64,000 nucleotides of DNA, from the IMG/VR virus record IMGVR_UViG_3300025812_000003; one strand, 5' to 3'. The translations under genes and the position numbers were made by a program. How positions within the stretch are numbered: the first letter of the stretch is position 1; each line of letters starts with the position of its first letter. Below are positions 7,832 through 19,800 of this stretch, piece by piece. The notes beneath the pieces were generated by a model. It was not told the DNA's origin. It saw only the letters and a program-made list of their open reading frames with translations, and did no database searches. Source of the stretch: a virus.

Positions 7832-10800
7832 TCCGTCCCGCCCTTCCGCCACGTCACGGTCAGCAGCCTTTCGGCACCGCCGTGGAACTCCCTGCTCTGC
7901 TCCGGCGTCAGCCTGCGGACGGCCTTGACGACGCCCCTCATGCCGTCAGCCTTCCGGACCACCTCGCTCCCCATGTCCCCCGGCCTGGCCAGCGACGGGT
8001 CCGCCAAATAAATGCGGGACGGGTCGAACACCGCCACCTGGTCGCCATCCAGGAGGCGTCGGATGCCCATCCCCTTGTACCACACGGCGTCGAACCTGGA
8101 CTTGAGGCTGTCGGTCAGCATCTTGGTCGCCGCCACCCGGTCGACCCTGGCGACCTCCGGGCTGTACCCGTTCTTGATCCACCACTTCATCATGGTGTTG
8201 GGGGAGCCGAAGTTGATGGTCTCCAGCCTCGGGACGTCGAGGTAGTAGGACCTGAGCCCCCTGGTGGTGCCGCCGTTGAACGCCTTGGCGATGGCCTTGC
8301 TGGTCGTGAAGTAGATGCCATACCCAAGGTGGTGGACCGGGGCTGGGAGCCCGAGGGCATAGTCCGTCTTCCCCTCGTACCCATGCTGGATTTCCGCCGA
8401 GTTGGCCTCCCCCTCGAAGACCTTGAACCCCTCCCTGTCGATGCCCGCGGCGGCCTGCGGGGTGGTCCCGTGCCATACCGGCCCGAACATGCCGCGGTCG
8501 ACGGCATCCTGCGGGGAGACGGTGCGGTCGGCGGGGAAGGCGAGCTTGGTTGCCGACCCCGTGATCCCCCCCATCGGGCTCCTGACCCATTCGGCGGCGC
8601 GCTCCACAGTGGCGTCCCTTATCGTCCCCCTGCCGTACAGCGTCACCTCTACGATCGCGCCGGCCGGCAGCCTGGCCAGCGCCAGCTCCACCGTCTTGCG
8701 GGCCTTGGCGTACGCCTCCATCTCCCACTTGTCGTTCTTCCCCCAGACCTTCCTGACCGCCACGTGGCCCTTCTCCAGGGCCGCCCCCATCGTCGCCTCC
8801 TGGTCCAGGTAGCCGAGCCCCTCGTCCTTCCAGACCGGCCCCACAAGGCCGAAGTCCACCGCCGAGTCCCCGTGCCCAGCCTCCGCCATCTGGCGGTCGT
8901 CGTACTCGTGCCAGCGCCCCCCGGCCTCCAGCCAGCCGCTCCTCTGGAACGGGGCAAGCTTGGGACGCCTTGCCGCGGCCGTCTTCTCGGGCCCCCACAC
9001 GCTTTCGTAGGCGTCCTTGAGCGGCACCGGGAGGCTGCGGCGGGAGGGGCTCTCCATCTCCCTCGGGTAGTTCCGCTCCATGAACCTGACGAGGTCGTCC
9101 CCGACGAGCGTGATGTCCGCCGCAACGTCCTCCTCGGAGAAGTAGTCCCCCGGCTCCAGGCCAAAGGGGAGGTCGTAGTCGACGTTCCTCTCCCCGCGCA
9201 GGCTCTGGACCTCCGGCCCGGCGTGCCTGTCCTCCCCGAGGTACCGCTGTATGGGCCCGTCCAGGTCCGCCACCACGATGGTGAGCTGCCCGTGCCTCCT
9301 GATGTCGTCCGGGGTGGGGTCGTGCCCCACCGCCCTGCGAACCTTCGACCTGATCCAGCGGGGCATCTCGTCGAAGTACGCCGCCCCCCCTCGGTCCTTG
9401 ATTTCCTGTATGGCATCCTCGCTATCCGTCGCCCCCTGCAGGCACTCCTCCACCCACTTGCCCATCTGGGCCCGTACACCCTGTTCGACGATGGAGGCGT
9501 CCTCGTCGGCGGTCCCGGCATGGAACAGGACCATCTGGCTGCCGGGGTCCACGGACCTGATGATGCGCTCCGCCTCCTGCCAGGTGCCGGAGGCTAGCTT
9601 GAGGAAGGGCCCGCCATGCTGTGTCGCCGTTTTCCCTTCTTCCTCGTCGAGGGCCTCAAGGCATTCCCTCGATGCCAACAGGATGTCGTCCCCGTCCGGG
9701 TAGTTGTCGGGGATGATCCAGCCGGGCATGCTGGAGTTCCGCATCGCGTCGACGATGTCCTCGGAACCGTATGCCTCCATGTTGACGCCAATCATCTCGC
9801 AGAACTTTTCCATTTCCTCCTTGCCGTCGATGCGGGGGAGTCTGATGGGACAGATGACCTTGTACCGGAGGACCTTGCCGCTTTCCTCCCCGCCGTGCCA
9901 GTCCTGGAAGTGCTCGGCGACGGACTCCGACGTGCTGAACCAAGCGGGCATCTCGATGCCGGACGGGTCGAACCTCTGCGAGGTGCCATGGTAGAGGACG
10001 GTGCCCCTGGGGAGGACCTGAGTCTTGCGCCAGCGCCGCCACCATTCGCCCGCCGCCGCCTTGCGCAGGGCGGACCCGTCGAACACGTAGACCGACTCGG
10101 GCTGGCCCCTCCCCTCGTCCAGCCACACGGCCTTGCATCCCCTTGCCTTGGCGTCCTGCACGGCGACGTCTATGGCGTCGGGGTCCCCGGCATACGGCGG
10201 CGCGGCGGGGTGGAATATGCCGTCCTTCCTCATCCTCGCCCGCCTGAGCTCCTCCGTCCTGCCGGTCTGCGTGAACTGGGCCGCCCACGCCTCGTCCGGG
10301 GACCAGTACCTCCCGCCCTTCTTGGACCCCCCACCCTCCCCCCTGAAAAGCAGGATGGTGCCGTCGTCCGCCGCCTTGCCGGGCTGGTGGGCCTGCTCCA
10401 CCACGAATTCCCCCCCGTACCTCTCCTTGAACTGGGCAAAGAAGTCGGGCGGTATTTCCCCGTAGTGGATCACCAGGACGGTGGGATTCTTCCAGTCGTC
10501 CCCCTTGTACTTCCTCCCGTCCCTCACCTCCACGACCGCCAGGATGCGGTTGGAGCCGGAGTAGCCTATGGGCTCCGTGATCCTGGCGGTATCGCGGTTG
10601 TATGCCTCGCCGGGGCGCAGCGGGCGGGCGAACTGGCGAAGCGCCCTGGTGATTTTCTCCACGGCGTCCCTGAAGGCCGCCTCGCCCTCCTCCGGCGAGG
10701 GGATGAGCGCCTGGACGTCCGGTATGCTGTCGTACTCCACGTAGGGGAACGCCTTGTGGTAGGCGTGGCGCAGGTCGTAGGGCTTGGACCTCTTGGCCTC

Positions 10801-13800
10801 GTGGGCGGCGATGCGCAGGAGGGCGGCCTCCCATGCCTCCGGCAACAGGGCGCGCAGGCGCTCCTCCATGCCGGGGTGCAGGCTGCCCTTGTCCTCGCCC
10901 GGCATCTTCCACTTGAATGCCAGGCCCCGGACGGCGTCCTCGACGTACTTCCGCCTCTCGGCGTCGGCGAACTCCTTCCACGACCCGTCCTTGCCCAGGA
11001 AGGTGGGGAGGGAATAGTAGGTGTTGTCGCTCAGGCGTCCCAGCGGATGGCTGAGGTAGAAGACCACGTCGTCCTCGTCCAGGTACATGGTGTTGGGCTG
11101 GAGCTCCATGCAGACGACGACCTCCCGCCCCTCCTCGTTGTGGTCCTTGGGGGCGCTGGCGGCGGTCATGAGGTTGCGGGCGACGTACGTCCCCCCGTAG
11201 CTCACCCGGCTGACGCTCACGGCGCTGGCGGCGGCATCCTCCCCCCAGTTCCTCTCCTTCGGGTCGGGGATCAGCCCCTGCTTGAGGATGCTGCGCAAAT
11301 TCTTGATGCTGCTGCCGTGGTACCAGACGGACTTGGGGGCGGCGAGCTTGGGCGGGATTGGCTTTTGGGTCGAGATTGCCTCGGCGACGGCCTTCGTATC
11401 GTAGAATTCCACCCCCGTTACCGCCGTCGCGGGAATCGTGCCCTCCAGGCTGCTCACGTCGGGGTTATGCCTGTCAAGGAATTGCACGCCCTTTGTCGGT
11501 CTGAACAGGACTAGTGCAACCCGCTTAGAGTTCTCCTGCCGGGCCTTCCGCAGGCCCCATCCGAGGGCCACCCTCCTGTCGGTGCTGATATAAATATGCC
11601 CCCCGCCTGCACCGCCCGTATAATCTGCCTTCAGGGCCGGAGGAACCAATCCATCTTTCTCGATATCCTTTGCGGCAGCGGGCGTCGTCCCGTGATACCA
11701 GATGGACTCGGGAGCGGCGGTCTTGGAGGCGGTCATCCTCCTATCGGACGGGTCGAACCCCTTGCTGTCGACTGCCTTGATCTGATCGGGGCTGAAAACA
11801 ACGTACTCGACGTTGGACTTCCCCCATTGGTCTTTGACCCGGTTAATGATGCCGTCGTATCCCGCGCCCCTGATCCTCTCCGGATGGCGGGAGATGATCT
11901 GCTGCAGGCTCTTGCTTCCATCGGCGGAGCGGAGGTCCTTATAGATTCCCTCGACGCCCCATCCCAGCCTTTCCAATTCCTCCCTGGGACCAAGAAGGCC
12001 GGAATCAAGGAGCGCCTGGGCATTCGCCTTCGTTTTGACCGTCAGGTCCAGCGGGTTCTCGATGCGCAGGTACACCTCGAACACATGCGGGTCGTAGCCG
12101 TCGATGATGCGCTTCTGCCCGAGCATCGGGTCGTATTCCACGCGATAGGTGAACCGCTGGGCAAAGTTCTGGTCCGGAGTGAAGAAGAACCCCACCTTTG
12201 CGTCGGCGGCCTCGGTGTTCCTCCCCTGCATTCCGGGGTTGAACGCCTCGAAGGGCACCCGCTTGCGGTGTATGCCGCCCATGACCTCCTCGGGGATGAC
12301 CCCGGGGTTCTGCTTGTCGAACCTCTCCATGGTATCGACCCATCCATCGAGGCGCTTGTCCACGTCCTCGTCGCCCGGATAGGCCTTGCCCATATGGTCG
12401 AAGGCTAGGCGCACCGCCTTCTTGAGGTCGTCCACCCACTCGGGGCGGTAGTTCTTCCCCCTGGGGCTACCGTGGTACATGACCATGGGGGTGCCGTCCG
12501 GGTTGACCACCTTGGACTTGCCGAACCAGGCCCTGAACTGGGGCGAGTCGGTTACGGCGACGGTGGTCTTGGATGCGGTCACGTGCTCGTACTTGGGCCT
12601 CTGCCACCTCGACGACCCCCTCAGCTTCCAGCCGGTGACGCGGACCGGGGCGTCGTGCCTGAGCGTCACCTCCTTCTCGTCGGAATGGCGGAGGTTCGCC
12701 CAGACGGTGCTGGCCCAGTCGACGTCCTTGAGGGCCACCTCCCCCCGGAAGACGTAGGTCTTCAGGCCCCTGCTGTACTCCGTCCAGTCCTCCTTCTCCC
12801 ATCCCCCCTCCTCGGCGAGGACGGAGTCGGCGTCGTAGGGGACGGCATGGCCTTCGTCCCACGTCCAGTAGATGCCGAACCCCCGCGTGTAGGGATAGCG
12901 GTCCGGCATCTTAACCGCACGGTAGACGACGAGGGGATCGGGAAGCCCGTTGCAGAACTCCCTGAACTCCTGGTACCTGCCGAGGTAGGCATCGCCGTAC
13001 CAGCGCTCGTACTCCTCGGCAGCGGGAAGCTGGGAGGGCATCCCGACCCCCGCCATCAGGGAGTTGTACGACTCCTTCCCAGCGGCGGCCTTCCCGGTCG
13101 GCAGCCCCTGGTACGAGTCCACTGGGACGTACGCCAATATGGCCTTGTCCCCCCTGATCTTGCCTGCCGCCACGCGGTGGTTGCCGTCCCGTATTCTCCC
13201 GTCGCCATCCATCACTATGGGCGGAATGGGGGTTTCCATCCTTGCATACTTCTCCGCAAGGGATGGATCGTAGTCGTCCCCCGCTTCGAGCTTTTGCAGG
13301 GACACCTCCTTGAGGACGTAGTCCCCCCCTGCATCCAGGCCGACCAACTGCTCGGCGTAGGTCCTGTCCTTCCACTCCGGGTGCTGGGACATGACGTAGT
13401 CGACGACCGCCTGACCGCCGATCCTGTCCCCGGCCCGGGCGGCGACCCTGGTGCTCCCGCCCAGGTTTTCCAGCCATTCTATGGCAACCTCGGGGCCGTC
13501 GAACTCCCGGTACATCTTGAGGTAGCCCCCCCATTCCAGGGTTATGGGGACGCCTGCGGGAGGGGGATGATCCCTCAGCAAGGAGATGACGTCCTGCTTC
13601 TGGCCGAGGTTCAGGACTTCCATGTAGATTTTCTCCCGGGCGGAGCACCCGCACCTGGAGAGCCAGTCTGTGGTCACCCTTATCGCCCCCTCCGCCGCCC
13701 ACGCTTCGAGGCCGAGGCTCTTGGCCAGCAGCGGATGGGTGTCCAGCTCCTTGGTGAAGGGATGCAGGACGCCGCCGACCACGAGGCCTCCAGCCTTCCA

Positions 13801-16800
13801 GAATTCCTCGTCGCCTGCGGGGATCGAAGGGTCGGCGGCCGTCTTGGAGGGGTCGAAATCGGGGTTGAAGACGACTTTCCCCTTTGGGTCCCTCACCCAG
13901 ACGACATTCTCGCCGCCCTTCGCCTCCCCTATGTACTCGAACAACTTCCTCAGGGTCACCCTCCCGCCCTGTACTAACCAGCCGGACAGGTCGCTGCGCT
14001 GGTGGACTATGTTCAGGATCTTGTCCACGACCTGGAGCTTCGCCTCCGCGGTCTTGGCGTCGTAGAGGTCGAGCGCCAGCGTAGTAAGCGGCCCAGTGGC
14101 GAAGTCGCTCAGCCTCCAGCTTCCCTCCTCGTCGTCGAAGAAGCTGGGAAGCAGGTCGAAGTACCCTTCCGGGACCTCATGGTCGAGGACCTCCGCCGCG
14201 AACTCCTCCGGGCTCCACGACGTGTGCCTGCACAGGATGGTGTTGACCTCGATCTTGAGGATGTTCTCCGTGACGATGTCGGCGATCTCGTCCATGCCCG
14301 CCTGGTCCCGGACGATCCCCGCCTTGGCGTAATCCTTCCATATCTTCATCAGCCTGGCGGCCGGGACGACCCTCCACCGCTGGCGGTAGTTCTTTTGGAA
14401 CAAGTGCTTTTTGGTGGGGCGCTTGCCGGGCATGGCATAGTCGATGCCGTCCCCGACCACCTTCTTGTACTCGTCCAGGATTTCCCTGGCCACCTCGTCC
14501 CGCAGGTCGGCGTCGGCGTACATGGCGGCATCGGTAAAGGCCGCCTTGGAGGCGGATGCGGTGACATACTGGTAGGGCGGGGCCTTCCATCCGTCGCCTT
14601 CGAACCTCGGATTGAACCATCTCGTAAGGCGTACCCTGGCCCCCCGCCTGAGCCGGATTTCCTTTTCCTCGGACGAGGTTACTATGGCGGTATACCCCCA
14701 GTCCACGTCCTCCAGGGCGACCTCGCCCTGGAAGATGTGGCGGACGCCCTGCCGCTGGGCCGCCGGGCCATACGGCCTGGCCTTGTCGAAGTCCCACGTC
14801 CAGCATACCCCGAAATCTTGGCGGCGGGGCAGGACGGACTCGGAGTCCAGCTTCAGCGCCCTGTAGACGACGAAAGGGTTGGGGAGCTTGAGGAAGAATT
14901 TGCGGGTTTCCAGGTACTCTTCCAATGCCTCGGGCGAAAGGTACTCGCGCATCACATCGACGTCGGGCAACTGGCTGGGGACCCTCACCCCCTCGAACAG
15001 GGACATCAGGTCGCCAGCGGCTTCTTTGGGTGTGCTGGCTGTGACCGCCATCCCCCCCGACAGCCGCGTCCACCTGCCCCCGCCGCGGGCCTTCCACCCG
15101 TCGACCCTGACCCTGGCCCCCTCCTTCAGCCTGACCTCCTCCTCCTCGGGGATGACGGTGTTCAGATAGGCGGTGGGGACCCAGTCCACGTCGTCGGGCG
15201 ACTCGATCACGCCGCGAAAGACGAAGACGTACTTGCCGACCAGGTCCTCGCCGATGTAGGAGCTATCCTCGGACAGCGACCAGTAGACGCCGAAGCCCCC
15301 CTTGTTGACCTCCTTGCCCCAGTCCGGGGAGTCGAAGGACAGGGCCCTGTATGCCGCCAGCGGGAACCTGAGCGCCCCGAGCCTTTCCCTGGCGGCCTCC
15401 CACTGCTCCGTGAGGATGCGGAGGGCCGTCTGGTCCTCGTCTTCCTTCCTTGTCTGGTTGCGTTGCGATACCGGAATCCTGCTGACGGCATCCTCCACCT
15501 TGCCCCAGTCCACCAGCTCGTGGGGCTCGACGTGCCCCCATTCCAGGACCTCGGCGACGGACGGGAAGCCGGTCGGCCCCGAGGCCTTCTTGGGGCCGCG
15601 CACCACCGATAGCTGCATCGGGTCAACCTTGCCCCTGACCCTGGCCCCATGCCCGATGGCGAGGCTCTCGGCGAGCGTGTCGCCGACCTCGGCGTTCCCG
15701 TACATCCGCTTGTTGCGGAGCTGGTCGGGGTCCGGGAGCAGGCGGCGGGCGGTGACGGTGACGGCATAGACGGCTATCGGGGTAGTGGGGCCGTAGGCCA
15801 GCTCCCCGAATGTCTTGGCATGCCCGGGGAACACGGACAGGTAGACGAAGCCCGGGGAGGACTGGATCGACTTCGCCCGTCCGGCGCTGGTCGGGAGGAG
15901 GCCCTCCTCCATCACGGGATGGCCGGCGTCGGTGCCGTGGTAGAGGGTCACGAACCGGTTGGCGTCGCTGCGGAGGAACTGCCCCAGCTCCTTAATCCTC
16001 CTGGGGGTCGGCATGCCGTAGAATACGTCGTGCCACCTGGGGTCGGAGGAGAAGTCCACCGCCCCCTCCCAGGCCGCCGTCTTCGCGGCGGCCTCCTTCT
16101 TCCTCTCCGAGTGCGGGTTCTCCACCAGCTCGAAGAAGTCCGCCGACCTGTCCGTCAGGGGGTCGTCGTAGGACCAGCCCTTGTCGCCGATGGCCTCCTT
16201 CTTGCCGAACGCCCTCTTCCAGCGCGAGAGCCACTTGCCCGCGTCCCACGGGCTGTCGAACCTCTTGTAGACCGAATGCCCGAGGCTGCGATCCTGTATG
16301 AGCTCGATGGCGACCTCCGCGTCGTGGTTGATGCTGTCCAGGGCCTCAAGGATGCGGTGGCGCGGGCCTGCGGCGTCCGTCGCCTCGAAGCTGAGATGGC
16401 GGGAGGTGCCTATGACCCTGACGAGCCCTTCGTCCACCGCTTCCTCCAGATTTTCATACCCCCACCGCTTGGCATCCTCGTTGTGGGCCGTGCTGTATAC
16501 GAATGACCCGTCGAGCTTTATCCATCCATTCGATATTTCCTGCAGGCCGCCCACCTTGGCCACGCTGGATGCCGTCCGGTCACGTTGCTGGGTCACTTTA
16601 GTACTGGGAACGCCCACATAGGCGCGAATGGTCTCGTCGCCCCTGTCCCAGGCCGCCGTCGCCCGGTGCATGCCGTCCACGATGCGCCCCCCTATCACTA
16701 CAATCGGGGGAAACTCGGCGTCCATGTCTTGGTATTCCCGGATAGCCTCCAGGTCCTTAGAGCCTGTAGAGGTCGTGGAACAGTCCGGTATGTACAGGTC

Positions 16801-19800
16801 CTCAAGGGGGATGTCCCTGAGGACGTATCGGCTGGCGCTTGATTCGACCAGCTTCAAGAGGTAGTCCAGCCCTCCCGCCTTGCCCTCTACCCCTCCTCTA
16901 TGCAACTTTGCGATGTAGGAGGTTATCCATCCGGCATCGGCCTCCGGTGGATAGAAGGAATCGCCCGCCTGCCTGGGCATGGTACTTCTCTGCGGCGTGA
17001 CGGTCGCGAACTTGTCGTCTTTTGCTTTGCACAGGATAGACGAGGTCTTCATAGGCTTTAAGACGATGACATCTTCTTCCTTTACCTCGATGGGATAGCC
17101 GTATTCCCAGCTATACGCCTCCGCTTGGTATAGACCATCGACTCTAAACCTTCTTGAGGGGATGCGAATGACAACGGGCTTTCCTCCTTTGGATTTAATG
17201 AAGTTCCTGGCGTACCAAGCGGCAACTGGTTCGGTTGAAAACCACGTTCCGGCCCGCAGGCCCACCTTGAGGATATCCCCCGTGTATGTGCTGGTGGTGC
17301 CGTGGTACAGGAATTCCGGCAATGCCTTGGCCGCTTGCTTGACCAGGGTGCTTCTCTGCGGCGTGACGGTCGCGAACTTCCCGCCGTCCGCCTCGCCCAG
17401 GACGGTGCTGATGCCGTCGTTCATGTATTCGTCGTATATCCTGAAGTGGCTGTCCCACCATTCGTCCTCGGGCTCGTCGGCGGCGTTCCTGCACCCGATG
17501 GTATGTGTTTCCACCCACCATCCGTCGACGACCTTGGAAGTGCCGCACGCCTCCGCGGATGCGCCCGCCAGCATCCTCCCGGCCTCCTCCAGGACGTGCG
17601 GAGGAGGAGGCGAGCTGGCGACCTTGCGGTGCTGGCGGACCTCGATGGCGGGGTCGTAGCCGTCATGGTCGACGAGGCTCCGCCTGACCTCCTCGGCGTC
17701 CGCCGCCACGGCGGGAAGGCTGTCTATCTTCTGCCCGTCGAGGTAGACGTCCCACCAGGGAGCGGCGTCCTCCCGCAGGATCATGGCGTGCTCCATCATC
17801 CTCTTGGCCGCAACCTCCTCGGGATCGGTCATGTACCTCCGGAAGGACTCCTCGTCCACGAGCTTCGCCAAGTCGGTCTTGACGACCTGCCTCTTTCTGA
17901 CCGCGTGGAGGATGTGGGCCCCCTCCTCCAGGATGGTCCTGATCATGTCCTCGGGGCCGAGCCTGGGATTGACGAACATCGCGGGCTCCCCGCGGAACCT
18001 GCCCGCCCCCCCGAAGAACTTCACGTTGGGGTTCTCCACGACCTTGCCGCCCTGTATCGGGCGATCCAGGGCCACGACGGGGACGTCCAGCACCCCCTCG
18101 TACAGCGCCCTGACCTTCCTGCCGACCAGGAGGTCCCCGAGGGTGCCCGCGATCTCCCCGAGGGGGCTCACGGCTATCCTGCGGACGAACCCGTAGTCAA
18201 ACTTGGATGGGAAGGCCGTCCGGCCGGGCTGCCCCATGTACCTGTCCCCCGCTTCCTTCGGAACGGAGGCGGCCTTGCTCGTTTCCACCTCGGCATGGTC
18301 GGGGCCCGCCGCTGGCCCCACCGGGGCTTCCTGCACCTCGACCTTCTTCTTGTACAGGGAACCCCTGTCGGTGCCCTCCGCCTTGCAGATCGGGCAATGG
18401 CGGCTGAGGCCGCCAGCGTCCTTGAGTTTTCGCTCGAACCCCCTGGTGACCCCCTCCCATATCCTCGCCACGGTGAAGCTGATGCCGCGCTCCTTGGCGA
18501 CCTCCATCAGCCTCACCCAGGACGTGCCCTCGTAGTGCCTCTTTATCCTCGCCATCGGGTCGATGGCGAACCCGCAATAGTGCCTGGTGGCCGCCTGCGA
18601 CCCGTGGGGGATGCCGCCGCCAAGGAAGTGGAGCAGGTAGACCGCCCCTAGCTTGCCTTCGTCGGCCGGTGCCCTGGCATACTTGTCCTTCTTCATCTCG
18701 CGGAGCAGCTTGTCAACGTATACCTGGGTGTCCACGGGCTTGCCCACGTTCGTGACCTGGGACGGGTCGAACACGACGAACTCCATGTCCGTAAGGGCGG
18801 CTATGTCGGTATAGATAAGCCCGTCATGGCCCGCCCTCAGCGCCATGCGCGCCACGGAGCGATCCACCCTGGCCCATTCCTCCTGCGTCTGGGGCGGGCC
18901 CGTGTCGTCGGAGAGGGCCTTGTCAAGGTCCTCCATACCGGGAAGGCCGGTCAGCTTTTTGGTGGCGTCCCATTGGTCCTCCGCCACCAGCGGGTTCGCC
19001 ATGCGCAGCGTCGCCACGACGTAGTGCGTCCCGTATTCGGGAGCGGGATCCTCCGAGAAGAACGCCCCTCCCTCCCCCCACTTTATCCTTCCATCGGCCC
19101 CCGTGACGTGGTATCCCTTGAAGATGGCGGGCCTTCCGGTGCGGAACCGTCCCTTGTCGTACTTGAAGGCCGTCATCGTCCTCCATGCCTTCGGGGCCGT
19201 CCTCCATCCATAGCCTCCCTTCTTCCATGCCACGATGAGGGGATGGACGCCCTCCTTCAGGCGAATCTCCCGTTCCTCCTCCCCCGTGGAAGGGGCCATG
19301 TTGGCCTCGAACGTGCCCTCCCAGTCGATGTCGTCCCTGCCCACCTGGGCCTTCAGCAGGATTTTTTCCGTCCCCAGGCCGAAGCTTCCCCAATGGGCCT
19401 CGGCGGCGGCCTCGTCCCACGACCAGAAGATTCCGATCTTCTTGGGATTGACGGCCTTCCTTCCCCCGACCAGGGACAGCATCCGGTAGACGGTCAGGGG
19501 GAACGTCCATCTCCCGTGCTGGCGCAGCAGCTCGTCGTAGCGGCCCTTGAGGTGCTCCTCGGCGTTCCCGTAGATCCACTTCGCCTGCTCCTCCTCGGGA
19601 AGGGCGTCGAACTCCCTCGTCTCGTCGACGTCGGACGGCTCCCACTGGTCCCACGAGTCCACGTCCCGCACCATCCCCTCGATGCCGCCGTGCTGGCGCT
19701 TCCATTCCTCCCATGACGGCATCCCCTCCATGATCCCCGCCGTCTTCGGGTAGAGTGCGCCCTCGTCGATGTAGTATCCCCCGTCGTCCCCTTCCCTTTC

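Noticed and set aside
16985-17379. IS/transposon or diversity-generating retroelement explanation for the 29-bp repeat
   Set aside because: There is no transposase, terminal inverted repeat, reverse transcriptase or adenine-specific template/variable repeat pair in the window.
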